Of a stretch of DNA of 64,000 nt, positions 45,801 to 61,300 are shown in pieces. The stretch lies in assembly GCA_964016885.1 (NCBI GenBank), contig OZ024759.1, positions 36,518,001-36,582,000 of the forward strand. Direction: 5' to 3'. Below the pieces are notes generated by a model. It was not told where the DNA came from. It did no database searches and was given only the letters and a program-made list of their open reading frames with translations. The DNA comes from Eledone cirrhosa (taxonomy: Eukaryota). The position numbers were made by a program, and so were the translations under genes. How positions within the stretch are numbered: position 1 is the first letter of the stretch; every line of letters starts with the position of its first letter.

Positions 45801-48800
45801 TCAAACCAGCCACTCGTACTGATAAGTATTCTCGAAATAAATATCAATCTCGTAGATTCGATATTATGTGAGATAAAATATCTACCATGGAAATACAATA
45901 GTATATATAGAGAAATGTAAATGCTAAAGGGTTAAAGACAGAAAATAAGTGTTCAGCAACCACTACAGAGAATAGAACTCTGAATATCTTTTGAATTCCT
46001 GCCGAGTGCATCAAATTTTACGCCAAATGACAGCTAACAAAGTTTCGCTCCATATTAAGAACTATATACAATAGCTTTAGTAGCTAGAGCCGGAAGTAAG
46101 CAGGTCTTACAATTTACCAAAGTGTTTTGATAATTTGAAATTAGAAATGTGATGCAGTCGTAGTGTTATTTTCTTTTTTACAATGACTTGCTAATGCAGT
46201 ACAGAATGTTAAATGCTAAATGTATGTTTGATCATGCTTATTGAGATTCATTTTTATCTTTTTACAGTTTGAAAGGCATTTTATCATGCAAGTTGTTTGT
46301 GAAGCTACCCAGTCTACTGATACAAGGGTAAGTAGACTGTTACATTGTACAATACCATTTTTCACCGTAAAGGCATGAAGGCTTAGTGATTAGGGTCTCT
46401 TCTTCGCCTATATTCTTGACACAATTGTCTCTGATTGATCTGGTTGGATCCCCAAGCGAGACCAGTTGAGCTCATGGATGTTATCCAACCAGCTTATTTG
46501 TGGTCTACCTTGGGTGTCCTGCTGGTTGGTTTTACCCATAAATTTGTCCAGTGATTCTCTCATGAGTTGTGCTTAAAGTATTGGAGGTATGATCTCTCAA
46601 TTTGGGGTTAGGGACTCCTTTGGTGATCAGACGAGAGCCAGTGTTTTTTAGCTTGATATAGCTAATAAACATAAACAACACAAGATGCCCTGTTCTAAAT
46701 GAGATTTTTATCCCAAAATATGAAGATTATTAAACAACCCCATGGTAATGTTACATCAAACAAATACCCTCCATCAGGCATCTACCATACTTGGAACACC
46801 TTGCTTCCCTGGGCATGTATACATTGAAACTTTGACGTCTGGTAACTGACTTGGTAAACACCCACAAAATTAACCATCTTGCCAGCAACAACCCTGAGTA
46901 CCTTTTTGATTTCCATGTCTAACTCTAACAGAAGTGGGCATGCCTACAAAGTCAGAAAACAGCACAGCTCCCATGACTTTCGGAAACATTTTTTCACGCT
47001 CAGTTGCTTCTGAAGCATGAAACAAATTACCTGCATCAGTTATTAGTTGTCAGGCGACTACACCTGATATTCCACCTCCATACGCATGCATGTGTGTAGA
47101 TCGTGACTCATACACTGTTCACTTTCCTGACATTTGTACATTATTCTATGTACTACACGCACCTTTGATGAGCTGTAGTGCCCCTGAGCACTGTACACAG
47201 TAATTTTTATTATTTTTAACATTGAATGTGCCATATCTTTTAATAAAACACTATTTTCTAATGTATTTTTAGGTTCGTGTTGCTGCCTTGCAATGCTTGG
47301 TTAAAATTATGTCCTTATACTATCAATATATGGAACATTATATGGGTCCTGCTTTGTTTGCTGTAAGTTTATTTCATTCTTCATTATCATCACCAATGTT
47401 TGATTGTCTATTTTTCATGCTGGGGTTGGTTAGACAGGTTGTTGCACATCCTTACATTAGATTTATCGGATGACCTCTTGCTCCTGTCCTATTTTGGCCT
47501 ACTTTCTGTAGCTGGATATCCTTTCTAATGTCACTTCACAGCCTATACTAGGTGTGTTTTATTGTGACTCCAGCACTCCTGCAGATATGATCAGTAGTTG
47601 AAACATTGGTCTGATCTGATGATTGGTTCCTTTCCCTTTTTTATTTTACATACATTTTAGTTCCCATACAGTTTGTGAACTTTATCAATTCATTTATTTT
47701 CCCTGTGTTTCTAAACTTGACTTCTAATTTAACTCCAAAAAGATTGATTAAGGTGGAAGTCAAGCCAAGATGGAGAGAAAACACAGGGAAAAAAATACAT
47801 CGATAAGGTCGCAAACTGTGAGACATTTTTAGTTTAATAAAATGTTGTAGTTTGCTTGAAGCATTGTATATAATGTATAAAGTGATGTATGGCTAAACAA
47901 TGCAAAATGGATGGTTAGGTGAAGGTAATGAAAAAGTTGGTTACCTGGTAATCTTTGGGGGTTTTTTGTTGCTGTTTCTTTCGTTAACTTCTTTGTTTCG
48001 TGTTCCTTTCGTGTAGATTACGATGGAGGCTATGAAGAGCGAGATAGATGAGGTCTCTCTACAAGGAATTGAGTTTTGGTCTACTGTTTGTGATGAAGAA
48101 GTTGATCTTGCCATAGAACTTTCAGAAGTAAGTATACTCTTTTACTCTGTTGCAACCGACTGGCTGAGGCCATGCTGGGGCACTGGTAATTCCAGGTTTG
48201 TGGAGGTGCATATCCCAGTAATTAGGGTGTTGGGACTCGCAATCGACTGGTTGTTGGGTTCAATGTTATTGGAAAGACATGGCACTGTGACATCACACCT
48301 GGGACCTCCTGGTTGTGAGGACAACTACCGCCACCACAACACTTATAGTTTCTGCAGATCATCCTGTAATGATTTAGTAGAAAATATCCAAGATGATATT
48401 AAATTGAAATGTTTGTAGTATCTGGACTAGTGGGCAGATTGTGAAAATTTACAGTAAATTGACTTTAATTTTGTGATGCTGTTATAGTGATGCTTTGTAG
48501 TTTTCAATGTCTTATGGTTTCATGTGGTACAGGATATTTAATTAATATTTGACGTATTCTCTTCATTACCAAGCTATTGTATTTCATTATAAATTCATTG
48601 ATTGTTTTGTAGGCTGATGAAGAAGGCCGGCCCCCTGAAAGGAGCAGTAGGTTTTACGCCAAGGGGGCTTTACAGTTCCTTGTTCCCATACTATTGATAA
48701 CCCTTACAAAACAGGTAAAGTGAATCTTTTTTTTTTTATTTCAAATCAAATATTTTTCTACACCTTCCTTAATGATAACCAGAAACCAACAAAATAAAGC

Positions 48801-51800
48801 CAGACCTAAAATCTACCATAAATATAGTGTACGTATGTATATACGCATACAAGGTTTGTCCCAAAAGGACGGGTACTGATTTTCCTGTGGACATGTACGA
48901 CATGGTAACGTAGCACCTCAGTGATGTATACAGGCATGTTGGTTATGACCTTGGCTGCATGTACACACTTGTTTCAACATGATCAGTTGAGTCAGTTGTG
49001 AGTTATTGCTGTTTATGTACAGATGTGTTTATAACCTCTGTTATGTTTGCAATGTAGGAAAATATCGAACAATAGCACGTGATAAAATTTTGTGAAGAAA
49101 GTCAACAAATCTGCTACCACTGTAACATTCCAAGGGTCGTATTTTGAAGGAAATAACTTGTAATTTCATAAACATCTGATATAATACATTTAAACCGACT
49201 ATATTTGGCCAGAATTCTCTTACCTCTTTGTTCAAACCAGCTGTAACCGGTCGCTCATACTGATAAGGTATTGTTCTCAAAATAAATAACATCAAAATCT
49301 CAGATTCGGAATTATGTGAGGTGAAGCCTTTACTGTGATAATATATTAGTATATATAATGTAAATGCTAAAGGGTTAAATAAGACATCAGTACCCTTACT
49401 TTTGGGACAAACCTCATAGATACATATGTAGATACATTTATATATATTTACACACACGCACAAATTTGTACAGGCATGATCAATCATCAAATCCATATAG
49501 AAAGGTTTGTCTTATAATTCCCCCCCAATAGATGCTATGAAAGTGTTTATGTTCTGTTTTTTTATCATTTTTTAGTGATGCCAATTTTAATCATTTTAAT
49601 CATCCACTCTATAATCTCACATAACCAAATTGTTTTATTTTTTAAGGCTCTTATCAATAGGTTGTGTATTTCATGTGTTTGGCATGGTTTGTCAAGCTGG
49701 ATGCTCATGTTAGTGTGGACTGGGTGTAGTTTATTGTCACCAGCACTAGGGAGGGTGTCATGACACAATTTAAGAATTTGTTCTACCATATGTATGGCAA
49801 CTTTTCTGTGACTGGGTACCATTCCGGTGGTATTACCAGCCACTTAACAGTACTGGGTTGTTTTATTGTCAACAACATACGTTATTATTTTGACACATCT
49901 GAAGTCCTTTCACCGTCTCTCTGGGTTGATTTCTAAAGCTCAATACCCTTATGACAAACCTCTATAGGATATAATGGGTGAGTTTTTCTTGGGGAATTAG
50001 CTCAACTGGGAAATCACTCGCTAAGCACGCAAGAGGTATTGGGATCGATTTTCAGACTATCTAGCGAGTTATAAATCTTCTTTTTAAAGCAGTACTCCAA
50101 CATGGCCACAATCTAAGAAATGAATTAGTTTACTCTGAACAACCTGTAATGATTTAGCATAAAATAATCTAAAACGGGTTTAATTCAAATGTTTATAGTA
50201 TCTTTACTAGTGGACAGATGGTTGTGAAGATTTGTAGTATTCTTAGTATCTTGGGATTATTTGCAGAATGCCTTGCTAATGTGGTTTTTCCTTTTGTTGA
50301 AAGTTCTTGCACTCAATGTCTATGCAAACAAGAAATTTACCCTTTAAAGTTCTGTACCTCGTGAAACCACATTAGCAAGGCATTTTTGAAAACTACAAAG
50401 CTACACCGACTGCATCACATTAAAATTAGTCTCCGCTCTAATACAAAACTTTTCCCCACTTATGTCATCCAGTAAAGATATAAACATTTGAATTAATAAA
50501 CCCATGTTGAAAAAGCTTTTGCTAAATCACTACAGAAGAATTAAGGCAGTGCCCCAGCATGGCCACCATACAATGATAGAAACCAATAAAAGAATTATGA
50601 ATTAGGCCAATTAAATTTAAGAAATAGTTTACATGTGAATATAAAACTGGTTCAGGGAGGTGCCCCAGCATGACCATAGACTGAAAACAGTATGAATTAA
50701 TTTTCTTGAGACAGTTTTAAAGATACAAATGAAGCTTCTTTAATGCAATGCCCCAGCATGGCTGCAGTCTAATGGCTGGAATTTGAATTATTAGGACAGT
50801 TTTGTTAGGTTAAGAAACTGTTTTTCCAGATACGAATGAAGCTGGTTTTTAAGTAAGGCATGAGTGGACTTCTTTTCCTTTTTTTTGTTTTGTGAGTTGT
50901 TGCACTATACGTTTGCTGTTTGTGTGTGTTTGCAGGAAGAGTTTGATGATGATGAGTGGAACCCATGTAAGGCGGCTGGTGTGTGTTTGATGCTGATGGC
51001 CACTTGCTGTGAGGATGACGTTGTAGGTCATGTCCTCCCTTTTGTCAAGGAACATATTGTCCATACAGATTGGCGCTTTAGAGACGCTGCTGTCATGGCC
51101 TTTGGTAGGCATTCTCATTTATCCATTGATAAAACTTCAAAATCCATAAATTTTTTTTAAAAATTTTTTTATTCTTCCATAATTTAACCCTTTTGGTACC
51201 AAACTGGAACTGCCTCTTTTTAAGATACCTAAAAAAAAAAAAAGAACCTTCAATCATTTTTATATAAACACCTTAAAGTTGTACTAACACCAGCCTAACC
51301 CTTTAGCATTTATACTGGCCGTGTCTGGCCAGAATTCTGTTCAAACCAGTTGTAACCAGCTGCTCATACTGATAAGGTATTGTTCCCAAAATAAATATCA
51401 AAATTCCATAGATTTGATATTATGTGAGGTAAAGCCTTTACCATGAAAATACAATAGTATATATAGAGTAATATAAATGCTAAAGGGTTACTAATGAGAA
51501 GGTTAGTAATTTCACTAGATTCTTACAAATTTTTGATTATTTCCAAAACATAGGCAGTGTCATTCATTAGAAATATGGTAACGAAAGGGTTAACTATTTT
51601 ATTGCCAGTTAATTCTAAATATTTTAAACATTTTTCTTTGTTTTGTTTTTAACCTTCATAGGTAGACATTCATTAGAAATATGGTAATGAAAAGGTTAAA
51701 ATGAAGAGCCTAGTATCTTAAAACAAGGGTCATTTTCAGGCAGTTTGGTATGAAAAAGGTTTGATTGAAATAATGGTTCATGTTTGGTGTTATTCCTTAA

Positions 51801-54800
51801 ACAGAACCACTCAATCGTAGTTTTCCTTTAGGTTCATAGATTAGCAAGTATAAAAACAGATATTTGGACAGTGGGCAGTGACTAGACAGTGGTGACCTCC
51901 ACCTAACACTGGACTGTGGTGAAGGGCTTAACAGCTCAAATGTTTGGATTGTGGGGCAAAAGGCTGGACATGGACAAGAGTGATGGGGCTCAACAGCTGA
52001 AATGTTAGACAAGACTTACCTGACAGTTCCAATGTCTGGTCATTGGTGGTAGTGATTTAACTGGAAATATTTGGACACATTGGGCAGTAGAGACTGACCT
52101 AACAGTACATACATCTAGTCATTGGTGATAGTGATTTAACTGGAAATATTTGGACACATTGGGCAGTAGAGACTGACCTAACAGTACATATATCTAGTCA
52201 TTGGTGGTAGTGATTTAACTAGAAATATTTGGATATATTGGGCAACAAAGACTGACCTCTGGACGTTGGTTGTAGTGTCTTAACTGAAATGTCTGGATGA
52301 TGGTAACAGTGGTTCAACAGACTAGACAATGGTGACTGACCTAATGGTCTGGGGTGGAGTGGGGAGCCGTTATTTAACAGGTGAAATATGTCAGAAGCTG
52401 GACAATGGTCTACAACATATTGGCAATGTTTGCTGTGAAATTCAAGACCTTTAAAGAACTTCTTAAAATGATTAACAAAATTCTAAATATATTCTGGATT
52501 TTCAAACTAGTTAAAGTTCTAGTTTCTATTTTACCTGGCTCAGGTGTGAATACTTTACCTGGTGCATAAATGTTAATTGACTTAGGTGTAGATGTTACCT
52601 GGTTTTGGTATTGGCATAAAAATATTGCCTGGCACAGGTGTAAATGTATTTCTTGGCTTAACCCCTTAGCATTTAAACCAGCTGAATCTGACCAGAATTC
52701 TCTCACCTCTTTCTGTTCAAACTGGTTGTAACTGGCCACTCATACTGACATTAAGGTATTGTTCTCATAGATTCGATATTACATGAGTTAATTATGAGAT
52801 AAAGCCTTTACCGTGAAAATACAATAGTAAATATAGAGTAATGTGAATGTTAAAGGGTTAATTGTAGATGTTACCTGCTACAGGTGTAAATAAAATAGCT
52901 GCTCTTGAGAAATAGAAGCCAATCCCCCTTTGTTTAGTTTCTCCCTTGTTGACAGATATTGATTTTATTGATTGATTGTTTTTGTAGGATCTATACTGGA
53001 AGGACCTGATCGCAACAAACTGAAGCCCATTGTTGAACAGGCGATGCCAATGTTGATAAACTTGCTCAAGGACCGCAGCGTTGTAGTACGAGACACTACA
53101 GCATGGGCTGTTGGCCGAGTGTGCGAGATCTTACCCGAGGCTGTCATTAATGATACCTGTCTACCGCCACTCTTGGAAGCTCTGGTTCAAGGGCTTGAGG
53201 CTGAGCCACGGGTTGCACACAACGTTTGCTGGGTTAGTAACAGCCATAGGAACTTGTCTTTTAACTCTTGAGTAGTTGCCAAAAATGTACTGCTTGCGGG
53301 TATGTCTTACCTCCCATCTCCCTGTCTACCAAAAGATATTACTGGTACATCTATTACCTCCCATCTCCCTGTGTACCAAAACATATTACTGGTACATCTA
53401 TTACCTCCCTTCTCCCTCTGTACCAAAGATATCACTGGTACATCTATTACCTCCCTTCTCCCTGTGTACCAAAACATATCACTGGTACATCTATTACCTC
53501 CCTTCTCCCTTTTAACCCAAGATATTACTGGTACATCTTTTACTTTGTCTATTGTGTTGAAAATATGCTGGTATATCTTTCATTTGCCAAAGACATATGG
53601 CTAGTTTTTAAGTTTGTGAATCACAAGTCCAGGCAAATCTGGTCAAAATATCTCTTTATCCCAACCTGGGGGCAGTAAAATAACAAAAATGGCACCAGCA
53701 CTGGTACTCGAAGAATTAATTACAACACAAGCGTCTCCATTTTGCCCTACCATCTACAACCTTCCCCTATTAACACTCTGGCTACCTCTACTTCCCTCCA
53801 CATTCATTCCCCTCCTTCCTCACCACATGACCCAACCATCTCATTCCTTCCCTCTTTACAACATTCATCACTGGCTCGATTCCCATCATTCCTCAACACA
53901 TGACCTAACCATCTCACTCTATTCATCCTTGGCTATATTCCCATCATTTCCTCCTTTCAGTTACTTATAAAGAATATAAAAGTAGCTTTTAAAAAAAGCC
54001 CCCCCCCCCCCCCCCCCCCATAAAACCTGAAACCATCTAAATGTGTTTGTGGTACGTCTTACCATGTATTAACAATGTACTGTCTATTTCAGGCGATATC
54101 TGGTTTAGCCGAGGCAGCATATGAAATAGCAGCAGATACTGCTGAGGAGAATGTTGAGCCTGAAATGTATTGTCTTTCGTATTATTTTGATGGTATTGTT
54201 ACCAAACTTTTGGAAACAACCGACAGGTAAATCTCTCTCTCCCTATTTCTCTCTATTTATCCAGCCCACACTGTAAAGTGTCCGTGTAAAAAAAAAGCAC
54301 CCAGCACACGCTGTCAATGTGGTTGGGGTCAGGAATGGCATCCAGTCGTAGAAAACCAGCCAGAAACACTCCTATATGAGTGAGACACGGTCACCCAGCC
54401 AATCTTGCCTCACGTGGGACAAACCCATCTAATCCGTGCTAGTGTGGAAGACTTTAAACGATGATCATAATACAGAGCTACCCTATTGTATGCAATAACC
54501 ACACGTTTTATGTCTCTTGGGAGAAAGATATATAATATATGTATCCAGCTCAATTGAGGGCCTTCTCACTCTTGTTGGAGGAACCCTTCTTTGGTTGACC
54601 ATCACTACTTTTGTTTGGTTTTGATTATGTCATGGGTGTAGCCGTACAATTCTAGGTTAGTGAGGCTATTTAACTCATAGTTGGAGGTTGACTCTGTGGA
54701 GTTCTTCTGTCCTCTTTAGCAGCACTTGTTTTTTTTGTGCTGCTGGGGTTCCACTTACCCTCCTCACCAAACCAGGGTGTGGCAGGGGTGCTGGTTTTGT

Positions 54801-57800
54801 TGCTGACCACCTGACCATGAAGCAGGTTGTACTGGGTTACATAGTAGCAGGCGAAAGTCTGATCATAGATACAGGGTGTCAAAAATATTTATACTTTGAT
54901 TACCTGCACAGGCAATATTTATTAGAATGCTGTTGAAGTGTGAATACTTTTTTTTTTCTTTTTTAAACCCTGTATATATATATATTGATAAAATCCCAGA
55001 CCTTGTTCGCTTAACGAGTGGGGTGGAGCTCGACAAATTGGACTAAGGAAACGTTTCCATGGGTCTTTCCAATTGCTAATACTATCTGTCGGTCGCAAAT
55101 CCAGGCAGAAGGAGCAACATGAAATAAAGTGTATATATATATATATATATATATGTGCGTGTATATATATGTGTGTGTGTATATATATGACTGAATTTCT
55201 AATTGTTTAGCCCTGTGCAAAAAAAATACAAACTGATCAACAGCATTCCAGCCCTGACTTATATTGACAAATTTACTGTACTACTTGAAACCAATGTCTT
55301 AATTCCATTTTGTTTGTCTGCAGGCCTGATGCTAATCAGCATAACCTAAGAAATGCTGCCTACGAGGCATTAATGGAACTGGTGAAAAATAGTCCAAAGG
55401 TAAAGGTTTTATATTTTTTTATATTGAAGGCATTTATTAAAATGTCTTAAGTTTCATTAAACCACATAAACTGGAGGTAGATCATGTACTGTTTGTTTTT
55501 CAATGCTAGCATACATTGGCTAGTTCGTTACGTTACAGACCAAGTCATCATCATTTTACATCCGCTTTTCTCTGCTTACAAGGGTGGGACGGGTCCTATT
55601 CAGCACAGCATCACTCCACTTGTCACGGTCCTTCGTCATCTCCTCCGTGAGCTTCAGCGATCTGAGGTCTGCTCTCACCACCTCCGCCCATGTTTTTCGT
55701 GGTCTCCCTCTACTGCGTCTTCCTTCTACTGGCATTTCTTGGTACTTCTTTACCCATCAGTCATCCTCCATGCGCATCACATGTCCATACCATTGCTGTC
55801 ATCACATTAAAAATTAGTTTTTACTTTAGTTGACTGCAAAATTTCACAGCAATCTGTCCACTAGTAAAATATTTTAATTAACAAACCAAGACAATCTTGA
55901 AAAATACAAAACAGCTCTGCATCACATTTAAAATTAATCTTTTAGTTTATAACACTGCAAATTTTCACAACCATCTGTCCATTACTAAAGATACTTTGAA
56001 TATTTTAATTAACAAACCACATCATCATCCTTTTTACGTCCACTTTTCCATGCTCGCATGGATTGGATGGGTCCTTCTCAGCATGGTGTCTCTCCATTTC
56101 TCGCGGTCCTCCATCATCTCTCCCATCTTAGCGATTTGAGGTCAGCTCTCACAACCTTTGCCCAAGTTTCTCTTAGTTATCCTCAGCTGCAGCTTCCTTC
56201 CACTGGGATTTCATGGCATTTCTTCACCCATTGGTCATTGTCCATGCACATTACATGTTGACACCAACACAGTCTTCTCTCTTGCATGCCATCTCGGATT
56301 CCCCTCATTATTAGATATTTAAAAAATCATTACTGGATGTTGAGAGTTAATGTAAATATTTAAATAATATTTTTAATAATATTCTGTTTATTGTAGGATT
56401 GCTATGAAACTGTGAAAAACACAACTATGATAATCTTACAGCGGCTTGAAAAGGTTTTACAAATGGAGGTAAGTTTGTGACGAAGAGACATTTAGTGTGT
56501 ATGTGCAATTTAGCCATTTTAACATTTTTAATGAAAGTCTGAAATAATTTTGAAAATCAGGAATTTCTGATTTAGTAATATAATTTTCTCATTAAACTGG
56601 TGCTTGGAACAAAACGTAACAAAGGTCTTTATAGGAAATTGATGATGGAAAGCTTTTAGATATAAACCCATTAAAATAAACATATATACACAACGGCGGT
56701 GCCCCAGCATGGCCTCAGGCTGTCAGCTGGAACATGTAATAATGTATGTCATAGAATGAGGGGACAGTTTAGTATCGAAAGGGTTAAGCTTGTGTTTGGA
56801 ACACAACTTAAGGTTTTACATAAAATTATGATTGAGGTGTTTAGATAAGTATAAGTATTTTAAAATAAATCTTTTGTATCATTGAACAAATGGCTGATTT
56901 GATATGAAAGATATTTAGATAAATATAAGAACGTGAAAAATTAAGGGTTGGTTAATGGAGTTTGATATTGAAATGGTTGAAACCGTGTTTTTACAAACTT
57001 GGTTTTATATAATGATTGCCTTTTTTTTTCTTTTTGTTCCTTCAGGGTCATATAAGTTCAACCTCTGACAGGGTACAGTATAATGATCTCCAGTCTTTAT
57101 TGTGTGCAACACTTCAAGTAAGTATCTCTTATTTCACTTCCACCATCTTGTGTGTATTTAGTCAAAACCTGTATTGTTTCCCCTCTCCTGTTGTGTGTAT
57201 CAACTATAATATGCCACATGTGTTTGAATCAGTCATTTGATGTCTATTTTCCCTGCTAGTAAGTGTTGGACATATTGTCACAATCAATCTCCATTTTGTG
57301 GTGGTACCAACACAAGGGAAGATGGCATGTCATTATACATAGCTGAAGAGTCTTTCTGGCCTTTCTTTGGTAATGTTTCTACAGCTGGAGGACCTTCCTA
57401 TCACTAACCCCTTTACAGACATATTCAGAGAGCATTCATATTTATATCTGCAACTGTAGCTTAAAGTTTAGGTGTACACTATACAATCTATTTCCTGAAT
57501 CAGTCCTGTTGCTACAGTAGAAGTTCGCTTTCCAGTCACAAGGTCCTGGGTTCTAACTCTACGTTTGACTCTTAAATAGTCATTTCTCCAAAGTTACTCG
57601 TACATTTAATCCTGCTTCTCATTTGTACATACATGTTGAACATTTATGTAATTATATTCTAGAAGTAAATTACTCAAACATCACTTCCACAAGTTGGTGA
57701 CCAACACAAACTATAGGGTTTCTCTTTTATTCAATCCATTAATTTATTAGAATGCATAGTTCCCAGTGTTTATGATTGTTTGTTCTTCTGGTATTCCTGG

Positions 57801-58341
57801 TGTATGTATGTATATATATCAGGATGGACTCAGTTTGAAACTGGTGAGACCCTTACTTAACAGAGTACTCAATACTTGGGGTAGTAGAGTATGGTTATAT
57901 TATAAAGAGTCGGTGATCCCGGTGGCTGAGTTCTTGCCATTTCAACAGCATACCAATCCTGAATATGAAGAATTAAATAGGTTTGTTATTGACAGCAGTC
58001 ATAAATCCATTGTACTGTCTACGTTGTGTATGTGCAGTTCTAATGTGTTGTACTGTCTACGTTGTGTATGTGCAGTTCTAATGTGTTGTACTGTCTATGA
58101 TGTTTGTCATACTTATAATCTGTTGTTTTGTCATTTCAGAGTGTATTGAGGAAGGTAACTGCTGAAGATGCACCTAAAATCTCAAACCCGATCATGACAG
58201 CTTTACTACAGATGTTCAACACATCTTGTGGCAAATCTGGAGGAGTTCAAGAAGATGCTCTGCTCTGTGTGTCAACACTTGTTGAAGGTACATACAAATA
58301 TATATATATATATATGAGACACGTGTGTGTGTGTGTATGTA

Positions 58342-58374
<33 letters not shown>

Positions 58375-61300
58375 GGAAAAACAATAGGACATTGATATGT
58401 ATTTAACACATTGTAGGAAAAGAGCTCTTAATGTTTTGGGCGTTAGTCCTTCATTGTAAGATAGAATGAGATAGATGATGAAATAGGATGAATGAGAGTA
58501 AGAAAGGGTAATAAATTTAAAAAAAAATAAAAAAAAGGGATTTTTTTTTTTACTGGAGGGAAGCACATATCAGCTATATATATATATATATCGTCCCACC
58601 CTTGCAAGCAGGGAAAAGCAGACGTATGATGGTGATTATATATATATAGGGTCCAAGAAACCCATTGAAAATTTTTGATTTCTATCGATTCTAATCAACT
58701 GGAGATGGTCCTGGTTAGCCTTCAGCCTTTCTGTATCTTTGTTGTGGTATAAGTATGGCCACTGCATTCGGTCATTTTTCTTAGTGTCGCACTTTTTAAT
58801 TGTTATTTTTTACTCTGGACGATAATGTTTAGCTTCTCGATCCATTGAGTGTTTTGTGATTGCTTCAAACAACTCGATTAGTACCTCCTATATGGCAACT
58901 ACAACTTTGATTCATACCCAATATTATATAGATATCTCAATTATGAAAATGAGAAAATGCTTCTGGGATACAATCTTGTAGTAGGTCAGCTAAGCCTGCA
59001 TAGTTGTGAGCTGTAATAGGATAGGATAGGACTGGGGTCCCTGTCATAACATCCAAGAAACCAGTGAGATGTAACCGTGTAGTAGGTCAGCTAAGCCTAT
59101 GCAATTGTCAGCTGTATTACATTCGATTGTCTGTTATTGGTTTTCTTTGTTTATTTTTCAGTTCTTGGAGAAAATTTCTTGCCATATATGCCGGCTTTCA
59201 AACCATATCTCACTCTTGGACTGAAGAATCATGCAGAATATCAGGTTTGTTGTTTTATAGAAATCTGAAGTTTTTTTTGTAACAATTGTCAGCCCTGTTG
59301 TAGTAACATCTGTCCTCACCTTTTGTAACATTTCTAATGGAAAAAGACAGCCTAAGGGGGGTGGGATGTGGTAATATAACTTTCTCATTATCAAGCTGGT
59401 GTTTAGATATAATTTAAAAAAGGTTTTTTTTTCATAAAATTATCATGGAATGTGTTAAGATAAATATAAAAACTTAAACAGTTTCATTACCATATTTCTA
59501 ATGAAAATCACTGATTTTTCAAATAATTTTTAAAAGAATTTGATTGTGACTTAGTAATGTAACTAATGTTCTCAGTATTTAATGGTTTGGGACATAGTTT
59601 CTTAGATAAAGTTATGTTGGAGGGGTTTTGATAAATATAAGTATTTAGCGCCTTAGTAATGAAGAACTACAGGTGATTTGGGAGCAAAAGTTAAACGAAT
59701 GCAAAGAATACCTAAATTAAATTTTAGATTTTTAAATATTTCATTTTCTCTTATTTTTACCTGGTTGTGTTTCAGGTGTGCCAAGCTGCAGTTGGTTTAA
59801 CTGGTGATATCTGTCGAGCTGTAGGCAATAATATTTTACCATATTGCGATGAGTTAATGACTATGCTGGTGGAAAATCTCGGAGTAAGTTAAAACTTTCA
59901 ATTTCACGTGAAGCAACATTGATTCTTCATCATTTACCGTGAGCTTTCCTTGCTAGGGTCTACATAGACCAAGTCAGTAGTGAAGCAGGGTTACTGACCT
60001 CCCAGATGGCCAAGGGGGTCTGTATCCCACTTACGGTCATTATCAAGGGCGGTGAATTGGCAGTATCGGTAGAGGGTTGGAAGCCATGCTTTCTAGTATA
60101 GTTACATCCCTTTACGGTCTGAGTTCAATTCCCGTAGAGGTTAACTTTGCCTTTCATCTTTACGGGGTCGATAAAATAAAGTACCAGTAATGTAACTGGG
60201 TAATTGCTGGCCTTGTGCCAAAACTAGAAACAATTATCAAGTGAAGAGTTGTCTTTTGACACACACTAAAGGATCTTCCCAACCCCTTGTTTAGCAAGCT
60301 TGCCCTTAACTGAAATTAATTTTGGCAAAGAATTCGGAAGGGTTTTGTAAAATAGCTAATGTTTTACATCAATGAGTTGGTGTCAGAATATTTAGCAGTG
60401 TTCCAACTGCTGGTTGTACTGGTGACAAGATGAAAAGCACCCAGTCCACTCTGTCAGATGGTCATTCTCGTGCCATGATGAAAAAGGCTCCCAGTCCATT
60501 TAGAGCTGCTACTTTTCCGAATTGAGATATCATAGCTCCGATACTATGGGCATGTGGTTAGAATGTTTTGGGAAAGAATCGCTGGGCAGATTTTATGGGT
60601 AAAACCAACCGGCAGGAGACCCAGGAGTAGACCCCGAACAAGATGGTTGGATAACATCCATGAGCTTGGGGATGGTTGCTTCTGATAGGACCTACTGGAA
60701 GGAGTGTTTGAAGAGTCTGCCTCCCCCGACCCTCTCAGGAATAAGTGGGCGAAGAAGTTTCTATGGGGTCAGCTAGTATTACCTACACTCCCACCTATCT
60801 CTATTCTCCCATCCACCATCAATGTCCTGTATCTGATCTCTGATCTTCAATTTCAATCCTAACTGAATGTTTTGTGTTTCAGGATGAAACTGTTCATCGT
60901 TGTGTCAAACCTCAAATTCTCTCTGTGTTTGGTGATATTGCTCTGGCTATTGGTTCCTACTTCAAGAATTATCTGGCAGTTGTATTGAATACTCTGCAGC
61001 AGGCATCTCAAGCACAAGTTGACAAGGTAAATTGGCTTTTTTAACATCAACACAGCTGGAACAACAACATTGTATGTTGAAGTCGTTCCTGACCGTATTG
61101 CTAATGAAATACATTCCATTTCAATTTATTAAATCTTAAGGGTGTACCATAAGAAACTGTATTAGCAAGACAGTCTTGAAAAGCATAAGAACATTACAGC
61201 ATCTTGTAATGTTTTTTTTTTGTCAATATTTTTTTGGTTATTTTCAAAATTGATTACAACCCATATGTAATGTATTTCATTAGAAACACGGTAATGGAAG